38,315 bases of DNA from Vulcanimicrobiota bacterium (GCA_014304875.1 JACRUD010000052.1:1-38315), one strand, 5' to 3'. Shown: positions 6,577 to 15,789, numbered from the stretch's first letter. The notes: generated from the sequence alone by a model not told the origin. Numbers and translations are program-made.

Positions 6577-9500
6577 GTGACGTTATGCCTAGGGATGAGC
6601 GGCCGCCTTGAGCGAAGGCAGGCGACGACGATGGGTATCGTACTTTCGCTGTTTTTATGCCTTCGCCACCGAGCGGGCCGCGGCCTCATGGCCGCGACAT
6701 CTGCCGCCGTTTTGGTCCTGCCCTCGCTTCCGCTCGCCGTTCCGACGCCAGCGCGGGCAGCAGACGCGCCGCCAGTCCCGGTCGTGACGAATATCAGCGG
6801 CCTGCTGACGGTGCGCAACGCGCACGGCGACGGCCATGAGGTCGCTTCGACTCAACTGCTGCATCAGGGCGACGTCGTTATGACGGGCGTGGACGCGCTC
6901 GCCGCGGTGAATCTTTCCGGCATCGGGAAAGTCCGGCTTGGATCCGCGACCACGGCGCAAATCTTCCGCACCCACGACGATCTTTCGGTTCGACTGACGA
7001 GCGGTGCCTTATGTGTCAACGCCGATGCTGCACACATCACCGTGGCGGCTTCCGCCCTGACTTTGTCCGCCATCTCGGCGAAGACGGATTTCAACGTCGA
7101 GAATCACGCCAACGGCGCGAAAGTCGCGGTCTACCGCGGCGCTGTCGCCGCGACGTCGTCCGGCAAGCCGGTCGGCACGTACAAGGCAGGCGACGCTTTC
7201 AGCGCGCCGCTCCACGGTACTTTGAAGAAAGTCGCCAGCTCTTCGCTTGATCACGATTTTGCCGGCTTGCACTGCCCGGCAGTTGGCGTGGCCCAGGCTT
7301 CCCCGACACCCGCGCCTGTGGCTGAGCAAACACCGGCGGCGAGCGGCGGCGGAGGAGGGGGCGGAGGCGGAATCATCGGGATTCTGCTCGGCCTTGCGGC
7401 GATCGGGGCGGCAGCCGGACATGGCGGGGGTGGGGGCGGAGGCGGGAGCAGCCCGACGTCCCCGCCTACGACGCCAACGCCGACTCCGTCACTGATGCCT
7501 ACCCCTACCCCGACCCCCACTCCAACGGCGACGCCGCCCGGAACGCTGACCGTCAATCCGGCGACTCTCTCTTTTGACGCGGTCGGATCCGGCAACAGCA
7601 AGACCTTCACCGCGTCGGAGAGCAACTACAACGGTACGTTGGTGGCCGTCAGCGACAACCCCCAGCACGCTACTGTCAGCCCGGCGACCGGCGCAGGACC
7701 CAACCAAGTTTTTACGGTGACGCCGGTCGCTGGCGGCACCGCGCACATCATCGTGAGAGACGACCACGGGCAGTCCGCGACCGTCACCGTCAACGTGGCG
7801 CCGCCCGGCGCGCTCGCCGTCAATCCGGCCGCGCTGACGTTCGATAACGCTCGATCCGGACCCCAAAGCTTCACCGCCACGGAAGCGATTTATCTAGGGC
7901 CGATTTTCGCCCGCGGCTGCGCCGGCGTGGCGGCGGTCGATCCGCCGACGGGGAGCGGTCCGACCCAAAGATTTACCGTGACGCCGCAAACGCCCGGCAG
8001 TTGCCAAATCACGGTGACCGACGACCACGGCGGGGTTCAGAGCGTCAGCGTGACGATTTACGGCACCTTAACGGTCAGCCCGACTAGTCTATCGTTCAAC
8101 ACTTTGGGATCGAGTCAGGACATTACGGCTTCGGAGCCGTTCTATTCGGGCAACTTCTCGGCCGTTCCGATGAACTGCGGGGGCATCGCCACCGTGTCAG
8201 GCACCAGCCCAACGTTTACCGTTACGTCGGTCGGCCCCGGCACGTGTACCGTCGTGGTGAGCGACGGCCATGGCGGAAGCGTTTCCGTGAGCGTTACCGT
8301 TGCGCCTCAACCAGGGCCGCTGACGTTGCGCCCTAACTCCGTAACGTTCACAGACGTGGGTGCTGCTAACGCAGCAACGGTCACCGTGTCTGAAACCAAT
8401 TACAGCGGCGCCTTCACGATCGCGAATGACACTTGCTCCGGCACGATCGCGACGATCGGCGCTCCGTCGAGCAACGGGCCCACCGCGACCATACAGATAA
8501 CTCCGCTTTCCACGCCGTCCGGCGGCTCCTGCTCGTTCGCCGTCCGCGACGATCACGGCGGCAGCGCGACCGAAACCGTCACCGTGGGGCCGTTCGGTGC
8601 CATCGTCGCGAATCCGAGCAGCTTCACGCTCACCGTCGGGCAGACCGCGCCGCTGACCATCACCGAATCGAACTACAGCGGGCGCTTCACCCAGAGCGGC
8701 TGCACGGGGATCGCCAGGCTCGATGGTACGAAGCCCAACTTCACGATCACGGCGCTCGCCCCCGGCACTTGTAGTTTTACGATCAATGATGATCACGGGC
8801 AAAGCACGATGATCTCCGTAACCGTAACTGCTGCGTTGACTGTTAATCCAACATCACTTCAGGTTGCCACTGGCACATCGGGGACCTTTACCGCGACTGA
8901 TTCTTCGTGCGGTCCTAGCGATACTATCAGCGCGTCATCAGCCAACACCGCCGTGGCCACCGTCACGCCATCGACGGCGCCGTGCTCGGGTGGCGCGACG
9001 TTCACAGTCACCGGCGTTTCAACTGGAACGACTACGATTTCCGTAACGGACACTTTAGGAGGCACGGCGACCGTCAGCATCGGTGTCGACGTCCCGCCGG
9101 CCGCGCTGAAAAAGCGCGCCGTCGTCGGCAAACATCCTATAACTGCCCCGACCGCGCCGCGCAAAGTCTTGCCGGGTACGCCGCCTTCCGGTAACGCACC
9201 GAGCCGGCCGAATCCGAGCCAGCGTCCGGCTGCCCAGTGGACAGTTCCTGGCGTCGCGGCGCTGATCGTGGGAACCCCAAATCTCGATTTCATCCTCAAC
9301 GGCGCGCCGCAAGCGGTGCCGGTAAGCGAAGCTTTCTACAACGGAATGTTCCATGCGATGAGCTCGAATCCGCAGTCGCTCGCTGTGACGGCGGCATGCG
9401 CCGGCCCGATGTGCACGCTGATCGCTACACCGTCCAAAGCGGGAAGCGGCACCATACGCGTGAGCGACGATCGCGGCACGGTGCGCCTTATCGAGTTCAC

Positions 9501-9603
9501 CGTCGCAGGTCCGCGACAGACCACGCCCGCGCAACCCCCTGCGAAAGTTTCTGCACCTGGAGCGCCGAAGTCGGCCGCGCCCATTCCACCCCATGCGCCA
9601 TAA
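6577..9603 (+). CDS. Giant envelope protein: signal peptide, FecR-like domain, glycine-zipper helix, PT linker, 7 Cys-pair Ig-like (Big_2-like) modules
   Basis: 1008-aa ORF. The start is uncertain (GTG 6577, ATG 6595, 6631 or 6688). Signal-like AAVLVLPSLPLAVPTPARA-AD. Residues about 66-212 fit the FecR/LipL45-type pattern (GDVVMTG..ALAAVNLSGIGKVRLG...LSVRLTSGALCV...DFNVEN..GAKVAVYRGAV...YKAGDAF). Poly-Gly/TM at 257-290, a PTPTPT linker, then repeated modules. It is collinear with the next gene. Confidence 0.85.
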   Translation: MTLCLGMSGRLERRQATTMGIVLSLFLCLRHRAGRGLMAATSAAVLVLPSLPLAVPTPARAADAPPVPVVTNISGLLTVRNAHGDGHEVASTQLLHQGDVVMTGVDALAAVNLSGIGKVRLGSATTAQIFRTHDDLSVRLTSGALCVNADAAHITVAASALTLSAISAKTDFNVENHANGAKVAVYRGAVAATSSGKPVGTYKAGDAFSAPLHGTLKKVASSSLDHDFAGLHCPAVGVAQASPTPAPVAEQTPAASGGGGGGGGGIIGILLGLAAIGAAAGHGGGGGGGGSSPTSPPTTPTPTPSLMPTPTPTPTPTATPPGTLTVNPATLSFDAVGSGNSKTFTASESNYNGTLVAVSDNPQHATVSPATGAGPNQVFTVTPVAGGTAHIIVRDDHGQSATVTVNVAPPGALAVNPAALTFDNARSGPQSFTATEAIYLGPIFARGCAGVAAVDPPTGSGPTQRFTVTPQTPGSCQITVTDDHGGVQSVSVTIYGTLTVSPTSLSFNTLGSSQDITASEPFYSGNFSAVPMNCGGIATVSGTSPTFTVTSVGPGTCTVVVSDGHGGSVSVSVTVAPQPGPLTLRPNSVTFTDVGAANAATVTVSETNYSGAFTIANDTCSGTIATIGAPSSNGPTATIQITPLSTPSGGSCSFAVRDDHGGSATETVTVGPFGAIVANPSSFTLTVGQTAPLTITESNYSGRFTQSGCTGIARLDGTKPNFTITALAPGTCSFTINDDHGQSTMISVTVTAALTVNPTSLQVATGTSGTFTATDSSCGPSDTISASSANTAVATVTPSTAPCSGGATFTVTGVSTGTTTISVTDTLGGTATVSIGVDVPPAALKKRAVVGKHPITAPTAPRKVLPGTPPSGNAPSRPNPSQRPAAQWTVPGVAALIVGTPNLDFILNGAPQAVPVSEAFYNGMFHAMSSNPQSLAVTAACAGPMCTLIATPSKAGSGTIRVSDDRGTVRLIEFTVAGPRQTTPAQPPAKVSAPGAPKSAAPIPPHAP
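7345..7446 (+). other. Poly-Gly-flanked glycine-zipper hydrophobic segment (GGGGGGGGG-IIGILLGLAAIGAAAG-H-GGGGGGGG)
   Basis: Direct translation of residues 257-290 of the 6577..9603 ORF. A near-identical segment occurs in the paralog at 10413-10502. Confidence 0.8.
7540..9090 (+). repeat. Intragenic tandem array of six 80-94 aa modules (a seventh at 9256-9504 after a basic Pro-rich linker)
   Basis: Modules start at GTLTVNPATLSF, GALAVNPAALTF, GTLTVSPTSLSF, GPLTLRPNSVTF, GAIVANPSSFTL and AALTVNPTSLQV. Shared signatures are SE(S/P/T/A)NY(N/S)G, two Cys in all but the first module, and (V/I)xD(D/G)HG(G/Q)..V.VTV. Confidence 0.8.
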
Positions 9604-9692
9604 AGCGTTCTGACGCGAAGAGGCCGACGAATCAACCGCCCGCACGCTAGCTGCGGAAAAGACTCCAGCTAACGGGCGCGAACGACCGGCTA

Positions 9693-12086
9693 ATGCGGAT
9701 GACTCGGCCGCGCATATCTGAGTTCGGAAAGCGACGCGTTCGGGCTTGTATTTGTGCGACGCTCGCCTGGGCTCTCCTCGCGCCGCCCGTCGCCGCTTTG
9801 ACGGCGCCGTCGCCGACTTCGTCGCCAACCTATTCGCAGCCGGTCCCGGTCGTCACCAACATAAGCGGCGTTCTCATGGTGCGCAGTTCGCACGGCGCGG
9901 CGCACGACGTGGCCTCTTCGCATATCTTGCAGCGCGGCGACGTCGTGATGACCGGGATCGGCGCACTTGCGGCGGTCAACTTGGAAGGCGCCGGCAAAGT
10001 GCGGCTTGGGCCTGCCACGACCGTACGCGTCTTTCAAACCGGCCGCGATTTGTCGATCCGCCTAACCGGCGGAGCGTTGTGCGTCAGCGCGGCCACCGCG
10101 CATATCAAAATCGCGACTTCGCGCCTGACGCTGGCGGTCGCATCGGGACCGGCCGACTTCAATATCGAAAACCTTTCCGACGGCGCCAAAGCGGCGGTCT
10201 ATCGGGGAAGCGTCCTCATTCGCGCCGGCGGCACTCCCAGCTCGACCTACAAAGCCGGCGAGGCGTTTGCCGCGCCGCTGCGCGGGTCGGTGCGCAAAGT
10301 GTCGCCGACCTCGTTGACGCGCGACTTTGCCGCTCTGCGTTGCCCGGACGCCGCCGTTGTCGCCCAAGCGTCGCCCGCGCCCGCCGCTGCGCCGCAACAG
10401 CAGGCTGCACCCGGCGGCGGCGGAGCCGGCGGAATCATCGGCGTGCTGCTTGGAATCGCGGCCATCGGCGCCGCCGCGGGTCATGGCGGTGGCGGAGGCG
10501 GTTCATCGACACCTGGGGCGCCGGCCCCGGGATCGTTGACGATATCCCCCTCGGCGCTGACTTTCGCCGGTCCTTCAGCAGCGCAGCAGCCGGTGGCCGT
10601 CAGCGAGAGCAACTATTCCGGCCCCTTCACCATTACCGCCCCGGCGTGCGCTGCGGTCGCAACTTTTAATCCGGCCGCGGGCAGCGGGCCGGCCGCGACG
10701 TTCCAAGTGTCACCTAAAGGAGTCGGAAGCTGCACGGCCACCATCGCCGACAACCATGGCGGAGGGCAGCAGCTCGGCGTGACGGTCTACGGAGCCTTGA
10801 CGACGGACAAAAGCAGTCTTACCTTCACCGACCTGGGCTCCGCGCATAGCCAGCAGTTCACGGCATTCGAACCGCAATACGGCGGACCGATCGCGGCCGC
10901 CGCCGCGAATTGCAACAACGTCGCTTCGGTGGCGCCTGCCCAAGCCAACGCGCCGGCCGCGTTCACCGTCACGCCCATAGCGTCCGGCACCTGCTCCGTT
11001 ACGCTGACGGACAACCACGGCGGCACGGTAAGCGTACCGGTGACCGTCGGTCCTTTCGGTCCGGTGGTAGCCGCCCCAAATACGGTCAGCCTCACCTCCA
11101 TCGGAGCTACCCAATCGATATCCGTGAGCGAAGCGAACTACACCGGAAACTTCTTTGTTGACGCCGGCAGCTGCGCCGGCATCGCGAGCGTCACCGGCTC
11201 AAGCCCCAGTTTCGTCGTCACCGCAACTGCACCGGGTAATTGCAGTCTCAGCATCACGGACGGACATGGCGGCGGCGCGAACGTCAGGATCTTCATAACC
11301 ACAGGAGCATTGGCCCTGACTCCCAACACTCTTCAGTTCCCTAGTGGCGCGGGCCAAAACGGTTCGTTTACAGCGAACGATCCGGCATGTACTTTTCCAG
11401 GTTCCATCTCGGCCACGGTCACTTCCGGGCAAGCGGTCGTGACGGTGTCGCCGTCGACGCCGGTGTTTTGCCTTGGGGCGATTACATTTAGCGTCACCAC
11501 CGGCACTGACGGCCGGGCTACCATTACCGTCACCGACACGGCCGGCGGCACTGCGGTCGTCAGCGTGGGCGTCGGAACGACACCTTTGGCTGTGAAAAGA
11601 CATCTGCTGGGCGCGCGTCTGCCGCTCAAGCGATCTCAGCCGCCGACTGTCCACGCGGGTGCCGCTCGCCAGCTGCCTGCGCCTGAGCGCCAACGCTCCA
11701 TCGCAAACGTGGCACAGCAGCCGCCGTCGCTCGCAGGGCCCGATCAGTCGTTCTCGCTGAGCCGTGCCGCGCTGTCGCTGAACCTTTCAGGACCCGGCCA
11801 ATCGCTGACGGTCGGCGAACCGGGATATTCGAGCGCTTTCCATGCCGTGAGTTCCGACCCTAGCATATTGACGGTGACAGCGACGTGCCAAGGACCGACC
11901 TGCGCGTTGATTCTGACCCCACTGCGGGTAGGCAGCGGAACGATCAGCGTCCGGGATGACCGCGGCGACGTGCGCACGGTTCCGTTCGCCGTCACGGATC
12001 ATAAAATGCCGAGCATGCATCCGCCTGTGCTGAAAACGCCGCCGTCTCCTACGCCGCCCAGACCGCATTCGGCGCCGCCTCATTGA
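9693..12086 (+). CDS. Paralog of the preceding giant envelope protein (FecR-like domain, glycine-zipper helix, 5 Ig-like modules)
   Basis: 797-aa ORF with the same order of elements. Signal-like ACICATLAWALLAPPVAA and a FecR-like region alignable residue by residue with the first gene (VPVVTNISGVLMVR...GDVVMTGIGALAAVNLEGAGKVRLG...LSIRLTGGALCV...DFNIEN..GAKAAVYRGSV...YKAGEAF). It also has DFAALRCP, GGGGAGG-IIGVLLGIAAIGAAAG-H-GGGGGG, modules with SESNYSG / DNHGG, and a final module after a basic linker plus a Pro-rich tail. Confidence 0.85.
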   Translation: MRMTRPRISEFGKRRVRACICATLAWALLAPPVAALTAPSPTSSPTYSQPVPVVTNISGVLMVRSSHGAAHDVASSHILQRGDVVMTGIGALAAVNLEGAGKVRLGPATTVRVFQTGRDLSIRLTGGALCVSAATAHIKIATSRLTLAVASGPADFNIENLSDGAKAAVYRGSVLIRAGGTPSSTYKAGEAFAAPLRGSVRKVSPTSLTRDFAALRCPDAAVVAQASPAPAAAPQQQAAPGGGGAGGIIGVLLGIAAIGAAAGHGGGGGGSSTPGAPAPGSLTISPSALTFAGPSAAQQPVAVSESNYSGPFTITAPACAAVATFNPAAGSGPAATFQVSPKGVGSCTATIADNHGGGQQLGVTVYGALTTDKSSLTFTDLGSAHSQQFTAFEPQYGGPIAAAAANCNNVASVAPAQANAPAAFTVTPIASGTCSVTLTDNHGGTVSVPVTVGPFGPVVAAPNTVSLTSIGATQSISVSEANYTGNFFVDAGSCAGIASVTGSSPSFVVTATAPGNCSLSITDGHGGGANVRIFITTGALALTPNTLQFPSGAGQNGSFTANDPACTFPGSISATVTSGQAVVTVSPSTPVFCLGAITFSVTTGTDGRATITVTDTAGGTAVVSVGVGTTPLAVKRHLLGARLPLKRSQPPTVHAGAARQLPAPERQRSIANVAQQPPSLAGPDQSFSLSRAALSLNLSGPGQSLTVGEPGYSSAFHAVSSDPSILTVTATCQGPTCALILTPLRVGSGTISVRDDRGDVRTVPFAVTDHKMPSMHPPVLKTPPSPTPPRPHSAPPH
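10413..10502 (+). other. Poly-Gly-flanked glycine-zipper hydrophobic segment of the paralog
   Basis: Residues 241-270 read GGGGAGGIIGVLLGIAAIGAAAGHGGGGGG. This matches the segment at 7345-7446. Confidence 0.8.
10530..11573 (+). repeat. Intragenic tandem array of four Ig-like modules (a fifth at about 11754-11993)
   Basis: Modules start at GSLTISPSALTF, GALTTDKSSLTF, GPVVAAPNTVSL and GALALTPNTLQF. They carry SESNYSG / FEPQYGG / SEANYTG, two Cys per module, and IADNHGG / LTDNHGG / ITDGHGG / VTDTAGG. Confidence 0.8.
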
Positions 12087-12919
12087 GCATCGACCTCGAT
12101 CTTGAAGATACTTTCGGGGACATCGTCCGCAAGGCGAGTAAAGGCCGCGCCGTATCCGCGCAGCGCCTTGCCGAAGCGGCGGGCATATCGCAAGGACGGC
12201 TGCAGTCGCTGTTAGCGGATTCCGAAAAGCCCGACGACGGCGAAGCCCGAGCTATCGCCCGGGCGTTCGGCCTGGACGGCGGCAAATTGGCCGACATCGC
12301 GCGCGGCCGCTGGCGGCCGCCGGCGGTCGACATCGGGGCGCATCTCGACACTCAAATCAACACACCGCATTCGAGCAACGGCTACTTCGTGATCCTAAAG
12401 GAAGCTAAGGTCGCCGCCTTGATCGATCCGGGCGGAAACGCGCGCAACATCGTGACGACGGTGCAGCGCTCCCCAGTCGCGCTTCAATACATCTTGCTCA
12501 CTCACAAACATCCCGACCACGTCGATGCGCTGTCCGACGTGCGCAAGGCGTTTCCGCAAGCGCACGTCGTCGTGCACCGACTGGACGCGCCGGCCATCGG
12601 TCCCGACGTACGCGATGCGATCGCCATCGTCGACGGCGACGCGCTGCCCTTCGCCGACGGTGAAATCCGCCTCTTGCACACCCCCGGCCACACCGATGGA
12701 TCGTGCTGCTTCCTCTTCAAAGGCGCCCTTTTCAGCGGCGACACGCTCTTCGCAGGTTCCGTGGGCGGGGTCTTCGGCGAGCGCTTCGGCTACGAAGATT
12801 TACTGCAGGGAATCGACGGCAAGCTGTTTGCCTTGCCTCGGGACACGATCGTGCTGCCAGGCCATGGACCGCCGTCGACCATCGAAGGTGAACGGGCACA
12901 CAACCCGTTCTTCGCCTGA
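12083..12919 (+). CDS. XRE-type HTH domain fused to an MBL-fold (glyoxalase II-like) metallo-hydrolase
   Basis: 278 aa. The N-terminal ~85 aa fit an XRE HTH (IVRKASKGRAVSAQRLAEAAGISQGRLQSLLADSEKPDDGEARAIARAFGLD). The C-terminal part is MBL-fold, with the HxHxDH motif (LTHKHPDHVDAL) and later HTPGHTDGS and GDTLFAGSVG. The TTG start (12083-12085) overlaps the TGA stop (12084-12086) of the upstream gene. There is no ATG alternative near the 5' end. Confidence 0.85.
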   Translation: MSIDLDLEDTFGDIVRKASKGRAVSAQRLAEAAGISQGRLQSLLADSEKPDDGEARAIARAFGLDGGKLADIARGRWRPPAVDIGAHLDTQINTPHSSNGYFVILKEAKVAALIDPGGNARNIVTTVQRSPVALQYILLTHKHPDHVDALSDVRKAFPQAHVVVHRLDAPAIGPDVRDAIAIVDGDALPFADGEIRLLHTPGHTDGSCCFLFKGALFSGDTLFAGSVGGVFGERFGYEDLLQGIDGKLFALPRDTIVLPGHGPPSTIEGERAHNPFFA

Positions 12920-12950
12920 CCGCGCGGAAAAGGAAGGCGCGACGATGGGG

Positions 12951-13014
12951 GCCGCCACTAAAGCGGCCGCGCTACTGAGAAGCGTAATGTAGCCACGGAC
13001 CTTCAGGTCCGTCC
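12951..13014. repeat. REP-like intergenic element (two hairpins)
   Basis: GCCGCC-ACTAAA-GCGGCCGC (12951-12970) followed by TAATGTAGCC and the hairpin ACGGACC-TTCA-GGTCCGT (12995-13012). It shares both parts with the copy at 30549-30633 and the first hairpin with 4854-4873. Confidence 0.75.
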
Positions 13015-13092
13015 GTAGCGACCGCGGCTGTGGAGCGTGGTGTGACGCCGCTTGCAGAGGCCGGGTTCTCGCCGCTACCGAAGCAGAGCGAA

Positions 13093-14028
13093 ATGAGCTT
13101 CTCTTCGATCGGACGCCGCACAATCGTGCTATTTTTGGCCTTCGCCGCGCTGGCGGGATGCAGCACCAACGGCGGCTTCGGCAACGCGGGCGCCGGCCAA
13201 TTCCCGCCCGGAAACCAAAACGGCCCGCTCAACTCAAGCCAACAAAATCCCGCTGGTTCACCGCCGCCGTCCGGATCGGACGCCGCGGGCGACCAGCCTT
13301 CCGGGTTCTCGCCGTCGCCCGGTTCAACGGCGACCCCGGTCACCGCGCTCTCGGTCGACAGCGCAAGCGCCCGGCTCGCCTTCGACGCGGCCGCAAACGT
13401 GTCCGATCGCCTGCTCGACGTCGCCTTTGCGTTGAAGAATCCAGGCGCCAAGCCGCTCACGGCCAAGAGCTTGACCCTGACGGCCGAGGGTAAGCCTGTC
13501 GGCGCGGTCAGCTTCGTCGTCACTGCGCTGCCCAACCAGACCACTCAAGTGACCGCCGCGGCGATACCGCTGGCGAAAGGTCAGGATGCCGCAAAGCTGC
13601 AGCGGCTGACTTTGGTGTTCGCGGACGCAGCCGGAAAGATGCTGGCCCAAAGCTCTATCGACGCGCCGCATCCCGGCCTCACTTTCGGACCGCTCGATGA
13701 GACGCATCCCGCGGGGCCGCCCAGCATCGACAGCCTGGACGTCGAAAGAGTCGCAGAACTAGGCCGCCATCCTCGCTACGAGTGCAGCTTCGCGATCACG
13801 AATCCAGGAAAAGAGAAGTTGTCGATCGCGAAGGTGACTATTGCGCCGCCCAAGGGGCGAGCAACGGATGCTGCTATCGGCGTGGACGTCCCGCCGCGCA
13901 CGATGAGCGGGATCATCACCGTTGTCCTTCCCTACGGAGGCAAATCCTTGCCGGCCGGCAAGTACACCGCGACGGCGACCGGTCGAGCGGGTGAAGTCAT
14001 AACCAAAGCCAGCGCCGAGTTGATGTAG
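13093..14028 (+). CDS. Lipoprotein of unknown function with an internally duplicated beta-sandwich-like domain
   Basis: The ORF track starts at GTG 13030, inside the REP element. ATG 13093 gives MSFSSIGRRTIVLFLAFAALAGC, a classical lipoprotein signal with lipobox LAGC. A Gly/Pro/Ser-rich linker is followed by two similar halves (LDVAFALKNPGAKPLTAKSLTLTAEGKPVG and YECSFAITNPGKEKLSIAKVTIAPPKGRAT). Confidence 0.75.
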   Translation: MSFSSIGRRTIVLFLAFAALAGCSTNGGFGNAGAGQFPPGNQNGPLNSSQQNPAGSPPPSGSDAAGDQPSGFSPSPGSTATPVTALSVDSASARLAFDAAANVSDRLLDVAFALKNPGAKPLTAKSLTLTAEGKPVGAVSFVVTALPNQTTQVTAAAIPLAKGQDAAKLQRLTLVFADAAGKMLAQSSIDAPHPGLTFGPLDETHPAGPPSIDSLDVERVAELGRHPRYECSFAITNPGKEKLSIAKVTIAPPKGRATDAAIGVDVPPRTMSGIITVVLPYGGKSLPAGKYTATATGRAGEVITKASAELM

Positions 14029-14052
14029 TTCTCCCAAGGATACGAATCGCTC

Positions 14053-15789
<1,737 letters not shown>

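Noticed and set aside
7421-7446. G-quadruplex-like run GGCGGGGGTGGGGGCGGAGGCGGG in the poly-Gly coding tract
   Set aside because: There are only three runs of three or more G, so it is not a canonical four-tract G4. The G-richness is explained by Gly codons.
7251-7625. 124-aa minus-strand ORF with striking poly-proline runs (PPPPPPPP)
   Set aside because: It is the antisense reading of the poly-Gly (GGN) and PT-linker codons of the giant envelope gene. The same artefact appears opposite the paralog (10247..10465).
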